A stretch of DNA of 64,000 bases from Penicillus capitatus (Eukaryota > Plantae > Chlorophyta), in NCBI GenBank assembly GCA_965649825.1, contig OZ287716.1, forward strand, positions 1 to 64,000, read 5' to 3'. Position 1 is the first letter of the stretch, and each line of letters starts with the position of its first letter. Of the stretch, positions 51,380-63,991 are shown in pieces. The translations under genes were made by a program, and so were the position numbers. The notes under the pieces were generated by a model, which had not been told where the DNA came from, did not search any database, and saw only the letters and a list, made by a program, of their open reading frames with translations.

Positions 51380-54300
51380 ATGGCTGGCAGCTCGAGACCC
51401 GATTTCAATGCACTTCCACAGCCGGCAAACTATGTCCCTGGATTGGGGCGTGGAGCCACAGGATTTACGACGCGGTCGGATATTGGTCCGGCACGTATAG
51501 GACCCGACCTCACAAACGACCCTGCGGTTCTCGAATCGTTCTTCTGGTTGATTGGTCCGAAGGTGGTCAGTGATGCTTTTAGGTTCAGGGTGGTGGTGCC
51601 CCCGAGAACGAAGAAGATGCTGAGGTGGATGATTCGAAATTCGACGAATTCATGGGCAACGATTCTGGCATCTTTGCTGCCGGAACGTACGGGGAGTATG
51701 ATGAAGATGATCGCGAGGCCGATGAGATTTGGGATGCCGTCGATCAGCACATGGATTTGAGAAGACGCGACCGACGGGAACGACGATTGAAAGAGGAAAT
51801 CGAGAAGTTTCGTTCCGAGAATCCCAAGATCACTGAACAGTTTGCCGATCTGAAACGCAAACTGATGGATGTGACAGATGAAGAGTGGGATGCCATTCCT
51901 GCCATCGGTGACTACACCATTCGAAAAGAACCGAGGTGTGGATCGTGACCCAAGGAAAAAGAGTGAGTGATGTGTGAGACGTGTTGTAGGTTTCAGAGTT
52001 TTCTCCCCGTTCCCGATACCCTCTTGGCCAAAGCGGCAGCAGAGAAGGAATTGGAGACAAGTATACAGCCGGGCCTAGAGACGCCCTTTACCGGAGAACG
52101 GACAACGACAGATCTCACGGCTGTGGGTCCGTCACGCATCACACTTTTTCTCTTGTTTTCAAGAGGGCGATGTTGAAGGCGAGGGAAGAGGGACGGTGAT
52201 TAAGTTGAAACTGGATACCATGGCGGACTCCGTTTCTGGTCAGACAGTCGTCGATCCGAAAGGATACTTGACGGATCTAAAGAGTGTCAAAATCACATCC
52301 GATGCCGAAATCAGCGATATCAAGAAAGCACGGTTGTTACTCAAGAGTGTCATCCAGACGAACCAGAAGCACGGCCCTGGTTGGATTGCAGCGGCCAGAC
52401 TGGAAGAAATGGTTTTCCTTGGCATCTTCTCTCTCCATCTTTAAATGCATGCTTGCTGTGTTGCACCAGGCGGGACATCTGCAGACGGCACGGAAGACGA
52501 TACAGGAAGGCTGTGAGCTGTGTCCACACAATGAGGATGTCTGGTTGGAAGCGGCCAGATTGCATCCTGCTGAGAAATCTAAAGCGATCCTTGCGCGTGG
52601 TGTCTCGAACAATCCAACATCTGTTAAGCTCTGGATGCAAGCCTCTAAACTCGAACAGGCAAGAAAGCATACAAGGAGGAGCACCATTTTCCTTAACGTT
52701 TTCTGCTGTTCAGGATGAAGATGCTAAAGCGCGGGTCTTGCGCAAAGCACTGGAGCGCATTCCCAATTCTGTCCGACTGTGGAAGGCGGCTGTTGAGTTG
52801 GCCGATGAAGAAGATGCTCGACTTCTGCTGTCCAGAGCTGTCGAATGCTGCCCACAACACGTCGAATTGTGGTTGGCATTGGCTAAACTCGAGACCTATG
52901 AAAACGCAAAGAAAGTGTTAAACAAGGCACGGCAAGCAGTGCCGACGGATACATCTGTTTGGGTCACCGCTGCAAAACTGGAAGAAGCACAGGGGAATTT
53001 GAAGATGGTCCATAAGATCATCTCCCGCGGAATTGAGTCTCTCAGAGCAAACGGCGTCGTCATCGATAGGTCTAGATACAATGTCGTGCAGGATGGCGTA
53101 CCATCTGGTGCTGCTCCTGTAGAGATTGGTGGCTGAAAGAGGCAGAGTATGCGGAACGCGCCACACCTCCATTGCTGACCACATGCAGTGCCATCGTCGA
53201 ACAAGTCTTGGGCATTGGCGTCGAGGCAGAGGATCGCTTGTCGGTATGGATTGCAGATGCAGACGATGCAGAGCGCAAAGGCAGCATTGAGACGGCAAAG
53301 GCCATCTACAGACATATGATCGCTGTCTTTCCAGAACAACAGGATGTCTGGAAGGGGGCTGCCCATCTGGAGCGCACACATGGAACACGGGAGGAACTCG
53401 ATGCTTTGCTGTTGAATGCTGTGAAGCACTGTCCCAATGAACAAGTGCTCTGGTTGATGGCAGCAAAAGAGAAGTGGTTAGCAGGAGATGTTCCTGCAGC
53501 ACGGCAGATCTTGGCTTCAGCTTTTGAGTCGAATCCTAACAGCGAAGACATTTACTTGGCTGCCTTCAAGCTCGAGTTTGAAAACAACGAACCAGAACGA
53601 GCAAAAGCCATTCTTGATAAGGTCTTTGTTTTTGACGGTTGGGGTTTGTGTGAGATATGGCGTGTTGTTTTCTGTTAGGCATTGCAGAGTTCCGTGATTC
53701 AATCGCCACGTGTCTGGATGAAGGCAGCCATTGTCGAACGTGAACTGGGTAATGCAGACATGGAACGTCATTTCCTCAAAGAAGGCATTCAAAAGTTTCC
53801 AACCTTTGCAAAGTTCTGGATGATGTTGGGGCAATTGGAAGCGAGAGTCAAATCCAAAGAGATCGCACGGAATGCCTACACCGCAGGACTCAAAAAATGT
53901 GACGATTCTGTGCCGCTATGGATTGCTGCTGCTCAGCTAGAAGAGCAGGACGGTAGAGTCCTCGTTGCTCGCAGTATCTTGGAACAGGCAAGAAGAAAGA
54001 ACCTTGGTGTCCCTGAGCTGTGGCTGGCGGCCGTTCGTGTGGAAAGACGGTCAGAACACACACGTGAGGCCGAGTCTCTTCTGGCAAAAGGACTTCAAGA
54101 ATGTCCCAAGAGTGGATTACTGCTGTCCGAATCCATTCGTATGGCCCCACGCGCTCAGCGCAAGAGCAAGTGTGTGGAGGCACTCAAAAGAAGCGAGAAT
54201 GACCCACATGTCATTGCTGCCGTTGCCGAGCTCTTCCTTTTCGATCGCAAAGTACTGCCATCTCACTCTTTTGCTTTTCGCTGTGCTTAGAGGAACGGAT

Positions 54301-54573
54301 GCGTCCTAGGTGGAGAAAGCACGTTCGTGGTTGCAACGTTGTGTGACATTGAATCCGGACATTGGCGATCATTGGGCGTTGCTTTACAGTCTGGAATGCC
54401 ATCACGGGACAGCCGCCTCGCAGCAGAGTGTGGTGGATCGCTGTGTCGCTGCGCAGCCACATCACGGAGAGCGTTGGACACGGATTTCTAAATCTCAAGA
54501 GAATGCGCACAACAGTACAGAGTCTTTACTAAAGAAAGTAGCTCAATATTTGGAATCCACCCCCATTCCTTGA
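51380..54573 (+). CDS. PRP6: Pre-mRNA splicing factor PRP6/STA1 (HAT repeats)
   Basis: [44 protein letters not shown]...[13 protein letters not shown] and many HAT repeats. GC-AG intron at 52659-52713. Confidence 0.97.
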
Positions 54574-55146
54574 GAACAACCGAACGGAGCTATACATTGA
54601 GCGTGTTAATACGTCTGGCAGAGCTAGTCTTAAAGAAAGGCACCGGATTCACAAATGCCTTCCTTGCGAAATCTGGATGGATGCCTCAAAATGACTAAAC
54701 CCACACAAGCACATATTTCCCATTATGTGCATGGAATCGTCAGCACAGCGAAGCGATCCAGTTCCCAAAACAGTCATCCGTGACAAAATTTTCTTGTCAA
54801 AGGTTAATGTCAAGGGTCTGCGCATATAGAGGGTCTCAATCAGAAAGTTGGAAGCTGACGAACAAACGTCTCGATGTCAAAAAGAGACATTCCGTCGTGG
54901 GTCGCGTCATGATCCCGTCTACATTGCAAAGAGAAAAACGAGCTTCCATTGATTTGTGTGGGCACAGCACCTGTGTCACAACACCAAAACGGAGTTGAGC
55001 ACAACAACGGAAGAAACAATGGACTGTGGCAAGAAACAACTGCTGTTCAGAGACTGAACAACAGCAAACATTGAAAATAAAGATATTATGGGTGAGGGAT
55101 AGAAGGATTGTGTTTTGATTTGGGCAGAGAAAAGAATCTGTGTCAT

Positions 55147-56542
55147 TCAAGAAAACAATGCTGTGGTGGGTGGTGTGGCCATTGGTGCGGCAGCTGGTGC
55201 AGCAGAAGCACTCTTTTCAGCCATCTTCCACAGTACCTTTGGCCGAGGTGCATCGTTCTTGGACAGGTAGAGGCCACAGGCATTGCACAGCGGCAGTCCA
55301 TCTTGTTTATCTTTCCTCCAAAATGGCGTCTCATTGGTACCACAATTTTTGCAGACCTGCAAGAAGCGTATGTCACACTTCGATCACACTTTCTCGGCAT
55401 ACGCGTTCATCGTGTCTGGGCCGTCTGCCTTTTTTACTGCTACCGGTGTGCAGGTCTGAGTTGTGGGTTGCATCATTTTTGCGTCTTCTCTTCGTTCCAC
55501 TGTTCGTTCCCTGTCCCTTATCATCCATCGTCATCATTTGCTGATAAAATGCTTCTTCTCCAAAACTGGCATAAGTTCCGTGTAATGCAGCGAGTCCTCC
55601 AGCTGTCGGCAATGACCACCCTAACTGCGTTGCCGAAGCAGTCATTCCCTTGGGACCCAACATTGTGTAGGCTCCCGATAGATAAGCCTGCCACCACAGC
55701 ATCATTACGGCCTGCTGCTGCTGTTGTTGCTGCTGTTGCATCTGCTGCCACTGGCATGCCACATAATAAGGAATGCCCATCACAACAGAGTCGACAGATG
55801 CTTCGGACGCATCGATCGCCTCTTCCTCCATCGTATCGCTCGAGGCATTCGGACCGTCTAATGGCAACGGACACTCTTCATGATCACTTCTCGTCGAGGA
55901 CGAATTGCGTCCATCTTCCACATCTGCAGGAAATTGGGCGTAATTCTCCGCATCCATCTTCAGCGTCTCGTGCTCTCGGAAGAAACTGGACATGTCAAAC
56001 AAATCGTGCCCAGCTTCGTCGACACAGAAATCCGATTTGTTCACAGCGTAGTCGCGCAGTTGTTCCCTTTTGGCTAATGCATGTCGTTTTGCATTATCGA
56101 GGAAGCAGCAGTTGTTTTGTGCCCCATGCCAGGCTTCAACCGCAGACCTCTCGCCATATTCGCAATAACTGTGAAACTCGGCCGAACGCGAGGCGGCAGT
56201 GAGATACCCCTTTCTACCACCATTCTCTTGTTGTCTACAAACGACGTAACGAAGGCGTTGGTGAGGTGCTTTGAGCGACAAGGGTTCTTTGGCGGTTGAC
56301 AATGATGGCGGCTTCTCACCTCCAGTCGACGGAATGCATCGAAGCTTGTTGTTTTGAAGAAGAAGAGTGAATCGCCGAACCCGACACACACGATGCACGT
56401 CCCTCCGCGCTTCTCGATGGAATTTCCACAAGCCTTGACGTGATGTGAAAGGCAGCCGCGATCCAAAAACGTGATGGTGACACATTTCTCGCATTTCTGA
56501 AACATCCAAGCCTATCAGAGCGTTGTGTACAACCCTCCTCAT
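55147..56542 (-). CDS. GATA zinc-finger transcription factor with a C-terminal finger and a poly-Gln tract; start codon uncertain
   Basis: HDER|VCKNCGTNETPFWRKDKQDGLPLCNACGLY (C-x2-C-x18-C-x2-C) joined through a GT-AG intron. 389-codon upstream ORF containing QQQQQQQQQ. Confidence 0.82.
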
Positions 56543-56710
56543 AGTTGAAAGAGGACGCTAACTGACTGACGGATGGACCGAGACGCCTAGATATACCCTA
56601 AGGGCATGCCCATCAGATACTGTCTTAAACGGAGAGCAACAAGAACCCCACTATTAGACTGAAGAAGGCATCATACGTGCATGTCGAATAAATATAGCAC
56701 AACAATCCAT

Positions 56711-58140
56711 TCATGTTGTTTTGGATGTTATGATGGCATTGTCTTCCAGCTCTCTTTGTGCAGGAGGCGGAGGACCTTCTGCACTTCCATTATCAATCAG
56801 ACAGAGCAGTCCAGAGCAGGAGACATTTGTTATAGACGTCGTCTGTCCTTCATGGCCCCCACCTTCCGTCATCTCCCTGGCCACGGCCGTCAGGCTCTGA
56901 GGAGCGCTTGTGGAGGATGTTGGGTCATCTTGCGCTTCTTTCTTCAAGAGCACGGGTAGACTCGAGAGCAATTGCTGCATATCTGAAGGAGCACCTCCAT
57001 CCTTATTGTGATTCACGAGAAGAGAAAGGGTCAACTGTCCTGTTCCAGTTGTGGGTGCCTGATTCACGGCCATATCAGATTCCTGTGCAGCACCTGACTT
57101 CGATGCGGCGCCCGATGTTGCCTGAACGGCGCCTGTGCTTTCCAGAGAGGGATCCGAAGACTGCTGAGCAGGTGTCTCATCTACCTGCATGTCTCGGTCA
57201 CCCTGTCCGCTCGAATCTTGAGCTGCTGTCGTCGGCAACAGGATAATGCAATACTTCGATTCCGTAGAATGTGGAATCGATACATAAGATCTGCACAATC
57301 AGGCAGAGTTCATACGACCACAGATGCACGGCATCGTCACCTCTGAGTCTGCGGAATAGAGTTGGCAGGGGTAGATGGCTGAGTCAGTGACATAACGGCC
57401 GGAAGGTTCTGTTCAAGTTCTGTAGTCGTCGTAGCATTTGTCGTCGTTGTCTTTGGATTCGCTTCATTCCTTTCAGTTTTCTTAAAGCTCATTGATCTTG
57501 ATTTCTTTTCATGCGAATTCGTATGGGATGTTTGTTGCCTCTTGCGTCGAGGAGTGGAGGAGACACTGTGCTCACCGCTGGACATCGCCTCGTCTGGGTA
57601 AAATGTGCGTTCATAGGGCAATAGCCATTTCGTGAAAGCCCTTTTGATATTATTGGAAACATTCTTATCGGCACTCGTACCCCCAAATATTCTTCCAATC
57701 TGAGCCCAATGTTTCATCTCACACACCTATATGGCAGTCACTCTTTTGGTGACGGCGGTTCTCCCAGTCCGGCAGTAAACGCACCCGGCTCGAACCTCCA
57801 CTTTTCCGCACGGCATGCCAGAGTTTCTCGAGATCTAGCGGCGCCCTATTGAACTTAGGAATCTGGAGAAGACACATGTCTTATACGTTATGCTCCATTG
57901 GAGGAAATCGATTTTTGTCCGACGGTAAAGCGTTTTCAATCAAAACAGTGTCAGCCGCCTTCGTCGTGGCCGCGACGCGTGTGCAGGATGTCAAAGACAG
58001 CGGTTGAAGTGTGAAGGTCATAAACGCTGCCTTTTTGGGTGAAGGAGAGACATTACCTTCAAAGTCACTCCACGGAGTGAATGAAACCGCGTCAATTCTT
58101 CGACAAAAGCCGCTTTCGTCGCAGCGATTTGGTCACTCAT
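56711..58140 (-). CDS. ARID/BRIGHT-domain protein with a low-complexity C-terminus
   Basis: AFVEELTRFHSLRGVTLK|IPKFNRAPLDLEKLWHAVRKSGG...|VCEMKHWAQIGRIF...NIKRAFTKWLLPYE. In-frame TGA at 56711. Confidence 0.8.
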
Positions 58141-58352
58141 TCGCACCCGGCAATCGTATCGTCCTTCAAAACCAGCTGAGTGTTTGGCAGCTCGGAAAAT
58201 TATCTCATGGACAAAAAGTGATGCGACTGTTCAATGAAACGCTCGTCATCACAAACGTCCCATCACGAACATCTAGACCGTAGTCAAGGGGAAACCACTT
58301 CACCCGCAAGGCGCTGTTTTGTCCAAGCGGACAGCTCAGCACACAGCCAATG

Positions 58353-60289
58353 TCAGGAAAGCACTTTCATGGTGTACAGCATGGTTTGCGGTCGCTTTGA
58401 ATCGTCCTGGCAATGGAGAGAGATAATGAGGCCTCGTGATAGGATATCCCGAGCAAAGCTGACAGTTCCAGTCAGATTTCCAGACATCGAATGCTTCAAA
58501 GCCAATACTGTCTGACACCAATGTGTCGAGGGACTGTCTGGAGAGGTATCAATCTTGACGACAGGTGAAGTTTTCTGAAATTCGATATCGAACCACAAGA
58601 CAATGGCAGAGATCTTGACATCGGATGACCTTGGAAACTTCGATATCAATGCAAACTCGGTCGTGAATTCAGAATCCTGTACCGCCATGCATCGAATGTC
58701 AAATTCCTAAGAAATCCGCATTGACCTTTGAAAGGGTTTTGGCAAGTGGGGATGGTTTGCTTACCTGGATGCAGAAAGCATTTGTGAGAATCTCTTCTGA
58801 AGAAACAGAATGGATCGTTGGCACTGATTGGGCTTGTTGAATGATATCGTCTGCGATGGACGTCATAGAGAAGCCGTAAACATCCTACCATCGAAACACA
58901 CCTCTCCTGAGCACCCCGGATGTTTTTCTCACCTTCCAGAAAGCGGTATCCATAGCTCCCTCCGAAGCGCCGGCCATCAGAAGCCGTGCTTTATCAGGGA
59001 AGACAAGACCATCGGGCTTTAACCACCGGTCACGTGCGTAGAGGACCTTGAAAGTGAAGGAATTGATTTGTGGAAAAGGGCAGGTATGTCTTACGGAGCT
59101 CAGCATGGATTCAAAGAGCAATGCGTAGCCCATCCACTCGCTCACAATAACATCCACGTTCTCGAGATCGACATCGACATCGATGTCTTCCACTTTGCTG
59201 TGAAATACATGGATCCTGTCCTGAAACCCATTCTCGCTGACCACGCGCTCTGCCATAGAGGCTGGCCACCGACTGGCATCCACAGCGTAAACACGTTCTG
59301 CTCCTGCTCTGCATGCCATCAAAGACAGAATTCCAGTGCCACAGCCGACATCCATTACGGTCTTCCCTCGAAACAGATGACCATTGTCTTCAATCGCCCT
59401 CCGATATGCTTCTGTGCGCACCTGTATGACGACGATACATTCAAGAGGGCATGGCTCTCGTCTTTGGAGAGAAGAACCTTATCAGAGAGCATTTCTCTAT
59501 GAATCGATTCTAAGCTGTAGGACTGAAAGTAGGCTTTATCTGATGCACAGTCCGCATGACGAAGAGGGGATGACCTTGATAGAGTGATATCTCCCATCGC
59601 TTCGGATCGTAGGACTGACGAAATCCCTTCTCTTCCTGCATCATTTAGTTTAAGCCATTCCAATTCCTGCTTCAGTTTCAAGTTCTCCAGCCGTAAGGCG
59701 GTGATCTGTTCAGATCGCTCATGCATTGCCGTCTCCTCACTGCGCGTCGCATCACACATCTGACTGGCAGGAGAATGAAAACAGATATTGAATAGCGGCA
59801 TCAGGAATGGCGTCCATCACTTTTTGATGAGCTCGCCAAAGTCCACAGAAAGGAAGGCATCCTCTGGGTCGGTCGGCATTAAGTACGTTTCTCCTTGCCA
59901 GATTTTGTGTTGCTTTCCCTCTGATTTCAGTTCCTGACAGAATGCCATTACCGCTTTAACATCTGCTTCTAGGCTTCTCAGATAGTTGATCAACTTGATC
60001 ACGTCATACTCGCCGAGGTCTAGCTGTATTCATACATAGGTCACTCTTCAGATCGCCAGCCGTCACATCAATGTCGAATCACCTGTTGAATGAGAGCTAA
60101 CAAGTCCAGGGAACCTTGTGTGATACGTCTGTCGTGATCGAGCGCTTCCATAAGCGTTTCGTAACACGTCTCTCCAAAGAAAGGCCGGAAGCGCAACGCG
60201 TCGTTGTCTTCATCAGAAAAATTCCAAGAGCAGTCATCCTCTTCTTCCCGGTTTTCATCTTCGGGGGTCTTTTGGATTACAGTCGACAT
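58353..60289 (-). CDS. PRMT3: Type I protein arginine methyltransferase, PRMT3-like
   Basis: IKLINYLR...TYLMPTDPEDAFL N-terminal region; YFQSYS...IHREMLSDK; VMDVGCGTGILS; VIVSEWMGYALLFESML; IDTSPDSPSTHWCQT. Confidence 0.88.
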
Positions 60290-60476
60290 TTACAACACGC
60301 GGTCACTCAGTAAAGAAGAATTGTTGCCTGTCCAATGATGTTATAAAGGTCCGACTTCCAGCGATCAAGGTGCCCGAGATGATGCTTCACACGTGAATAG
60401 CAGTCTAGCCCAATAAATCTACACTTGTTTGTTGTTAGCTTCCCTGATGTTTTTTAATTTCCACGCAATCCCTTCA

Positions 60477-60481
60477 TTACA
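60477..60481 (-). terminator. TGTAA poly(A) signal downstream of the CDKN3-like phosphatase
   Basis: TTACA on the + strand about 50 nt past the stop at 60530. Confidence 0.5.
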
Positions 60482-60529
60482 GATCGCTTATTTTGCATGG
60501 TAAGTGAAGTACCCATCTGGGGTATAAGC

Positions 60530-61335
60530 TTAAGCTAAACTTTGCGCAATGGCTGTTCCATTACTCAATAAGTACTTGTTCTTCGACATCGTCTTTTTCT
60601 GAAAGAGTTCCCACTCAGTGTTTCGCGACACATGTGGCGTTGGTGCCCGAGTGGTAATGAAGTTTGCATACTTCGATATAAACTGCTCCTGGCAGTAACT
60701 TTCGACAGCGGACCGGCAGCGAAGCTTTCGAACTTTTGAAATAGCATCTGTCGGAGATGTAGCCATCTTTAATTTCAATAGCAGACACGAGGCAATCAAT
60801 CCCGCCCTCCCTACGCCGCCACGACAATGAATGATCATGACCTCTCCATCGGACAACCTATCGTCACCACACATATTTGACCGAGAATGCATTGGGGTGA
60901 ACGAAAGGGCGACTTTGATTGCACGAGCTCGATGAATGCTGCCGCCTTCTTTAATGAATCCGGTGCAGCCATTTCGACAATCGGGAAAGACAGGAATTGA
61001 ATGCCTTTCGACCGAACGCCTTGTTCATAGTTTCGCAGCTTCAGACTCGCGAGTTCAGCTTGACTGAGGAGGCAGAGAATTGTGGTAACGCCGAAATTCG
61101 TTTTGAGTCGCTCTAAATCCATTTCCAGACTGCGTGACCAGCGCACTCCGCGACGACAGACAGTTTTTCCAGGGCAGAAAGTCAAACCAAATCGACCACC
61201 CGAACTGCTTTTCGCCACCCAACTGACGTTCATGGGATGCGTCTCTGATGTCCGCACAGGGGATGAGGGTGTCGGCGTTGCCGTCATATCCACGGGCGTT
61301 CTCCGCGCATTGCATGGAGGCGCGAACGTCACCAT
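60530..61335 (-). CDS. CDKN3-family (bacterial-like) dual-specificity protein phosphatase
   Basis: RTSETHPMNVSWV...GRFGLTFCPGK...RSLEMDLERL, FPIVEMAAP and the catalytic IHCRGGVGRAG motif. One intron near 60860-60915. Confidence 0.85.
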
Positions 61336-62118
61336 CTGTCTGGGGGGCGTTAAAGAAGGAGTGGTGTTTTAAATAACGCAGAGCAAAAATTGGGAAACGT
61401 TTGTGGTATCAAAGAGTCGCTGCGCTCAAAATGTGGCATGTAAGCGAAATCATCGACGTACGTCGCGATCGTCGTTCGTTCATTTCAGTGGACATCGATT
61501 TCTCCGCACAGATTCTGATGGATCCAAGATCCGTCCGCATTTGACGAAAACGTCAGAGATCATGAACACCACAGAAAATGAACATGACGACAGCTGTCAG
61601 GCAGAAATGCCACGAGAGGCATTCGGAGAGGATAATACTCGACCGCTTACCATTGTGTGGTCGCCGTTGCTCGATGGACAGAGTCCGGGAAGGAACCAAT
61701 GGTTCGGCTAAATGACACGAGCTTCGTTCGCTGCGATGCTCTGTGACTTCCGTTCATCCATGGACACATGATGCTGCGTGTCAACAACGACCACTTTGAG
61801 TGGACCTATCACGTCGGTCTTGAAGTCAAATGGCTCTTCGGCGTTCAGATGCATCTATCATATGTCGCTCACATATGAAGACAGCCATAGAATGCGCTCT
61901 TTCTCCTGTCATCGCAAGAAGGGCTTTACTCTGTCCAAGCGAACAGCGAATGCAAACAATGCAGCGGTGAAGAAGCTGGGGGTCTCCCGTCGAATGCCTC
62001 CAAAACCGTCATCGCGGTTGTGTAGCGTGTTGTGGTCGTGGGTGCGTTCGCCGAGTACGCTGCTTTTTCTGCTCTTTCATTTCCGTCCCTCCGGCACGTT
62101 TGAACATCAATTATTTAA

Positions 62119-62625
62119 ATGCAACTTCGAAGACGTGGAAATCGTGGAGGTCGTGCTGGAGGACGTCCAATTAGAGAAAAGGCAACGACAACGGTAGCGA
62201 ACAGACGTCCGACCTTCTCGCCGTATCGTTCAAGAGGCACGCGCGGTGGTCGAGGGAGAGGCATTGTTTCGCGCGAACGTCCTTCAACAACTGGCAGAGG
62301 GACCCCCGTCAAACGCCCATTCGCATCGAAAACGGGCTTCGTTTCTGCACGAGGCCGCGGCCGTGGACGTGTGCCCTTTGCTGGACGTGGTATTGATAAA
62401 AGACGTGGCCGAGGACGCAGCCGTGGTCGTGGTCGGACTGACACATCCAGACAAGCCATCGCCCAAAAGAAAGGCCTCAGTGGTGCTCAGTTGGATAAAG
62501 ACCTGGAAGAGTATTTCAAATCCGATCCCGAATTCTCGGAGAGAAAGTTAGATACCGAAATGGAAGAGTATTGGTCGCATCGTCCGGCAGATGAAGAAGG
62601 GGCGATGGACGCCGACGCCGCTTAA
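62119..62625 (+). CDS. RG-rich protein with a CHTOP/FoP C-terminal duplication motif
   Basis: RGRGRG tracts followed by LSGAQLDKDLEEYF and KLDTEMEEYW (duplicated L-D-x-E/D-L/M-E-x-Y motif). Upstream exons cannot be excluded. Confidence 0.75.
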   Translation: MQLRRRGNRGGRAGGRPIREKATTTVANRRPTFSPYRSRGTRGGRGRGIVSRERPSTTGRGTPVKRPFASKTGFVSARGRGRGRVPFAGRGIDKRRGRGRSRGRGRTDTSRQAIAQKKGLSGAQLDKDLEEYFKSDPEFSERKLDTEMEEYWSHRPADEEGAMDADAA

Positions 62626-62687
62626 TGCTGTCTGTCTGTCATCTTGTGTTAATTGGATCTGCGTGGATTTAAAAGAACCATCGCACT

Positions 62688-63991
62688 ATGCTGCCCACCG
62701 AGGAAGACGTGAAGCGCCGTCGCGTTGCGGAAAACTGGAGTCTGCGACGACGCCAAGCCAAACTGCATGCCGAATTCGAATTTCTCAGCCGCGAAGTAGG
62801 CGCTCCCTATCGCCGCCGTTTTCGACCGGTGCGTGTTACAGTGCGTTCAGCTTTGTCACAAACGCTTTCTCAAACCGTCCATCGATTCGATCGAACTCTC
62901 CGAGATCGAAGAGAAGTTCTTGAAGGACTTGAAGGAACGCAAGCTGAAAGAGGTGGTTACGAAACAGTGCCTCAGCGTCATTAAGTTTCTCATGAGCCAA
63001 AAGGTAAGAGACATCCATGGCTGAGCGCGTGCAGGTGATGATCCATGATGCATCGTGCAGTTGCTGTCGTATCCGTTCAACGAACCGGTAGATACCATCA
63101 TGTACAGAGATTATCTAAACTATGTCCGGACGCCCATGGACTTTGGAACTATCAAAGGAAACATTTCCCAGTACAAGAATCCGACAGAGTTCGAAGCGGA
63201 TGTGCGGTTGGTCTTTGATAACGCAAGGAAGTACAATGCCCCGGGGACAGATGTCAGAGAGATGGCACGTGCATTGGAGGCAAAATTCGAAGAGAAGTGG
63301 ACGAAATCCGTTGTGCCTCGACTGGAGGAATTAAAAGTCAATGAGATCGAAGATCAGATCGCTTTTAAACAAAGCAAAGCTGACAATTCAACGATGGAGG
63401 CCGAGACAAGAGTCGACGAATGTTGTCGCCTGCTGCTGAATCGACTCCAGGTCCTGTTGTCTTTTATCCTGATGACAATGATCTTAGAGATCTGATTGCG
63501 ATATCTAGGTACTGTCCGAGGAATTAAAGTCGGTTCAGTGCCTGGCAGCAGCTCAATGTGTCACTTTGCCCGAGGATGAACGATTGCGATTGGGATGGGA
63601 ATTGACGACGTTGGCGCCAGAGCAGTTCCAACACGCTGTGAATTTAGTTCTGATGCGACATCCAGGATTGGTGGCGACCATGCGAGATAACACAATCGAA
63701 TTTGACATCAACAAAATGGATTGTCTTACTTTGAGGCAGCTGCAAGACTACATCCATGACTGCTCAAAAGAGAAGAGCAGGGCAGAGGAACGTGGTGGTC
63801 CGCTGGAAACGCCGCCCGTCAGAAAACGTCGTCGACGCTGGCCGTCGCCTTCACGTACACACATCTGCCTTTTCACACGATCTCTATCTCACGACCTTCC
63901 GCAGGACATGTGGACGAAGGTGTCGATCCGTACTGGCCTGTCGAAGGACAAGGCGTTCACTGGCCAAAGGTCGCACTCGGTAATGGTCTGA
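62688..63991 (+). CDS. Bromodomain + extra-terminal (NET) protein, GTE1/GTE6-like
   Basis: YPFNEPVD...DYLNYVRTPMDFGTIK...DVRLVFDNARKYN (acetyl-lysine Asn present). ET domain EDERLRLGWELTTL...IEFDINKMDCLTLRQLQDYI. Confidence 0.9.

Noticed and set aside
57780-57810. tRNA T-loop-like GGTTCGAGCC on the minus strand
   Set aside because: It lies in the ARID coding exon and no cloverleaf or D-arm is present.
55147-58140. Single ARID + GATA fusion protein
   Set aside because: The ARID frame ends at an in-frame TGA (56711) with no credible donor just before it, and about 170 nt of non-coding-looking sequence precedes a new ORF. Treated as two genes, although RNA-seq could overturn this.
59801-59820. 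In-frame TGA in PRMT3 (readthrough, Sec or pseudogene)
   Set aside because: A 57-nt phase-2 GT-AG intron removes it and keeps the frame.
60287-60294. TGTAA abutting the PRMT3 ATG as a second fused terminator/start
   Set aside because: The upstream phosphatase already has a better-placed TGTAA at 60477-60481, so this one is likely coincidental.
58353-62625. Functional cluster of PRMT3 with an RG-rich CHTOP-like substrate
   Set aside because: The two are on opposite strands, are separated by another gene, and show no shared regulatory evidence; proximity is expected by chance.
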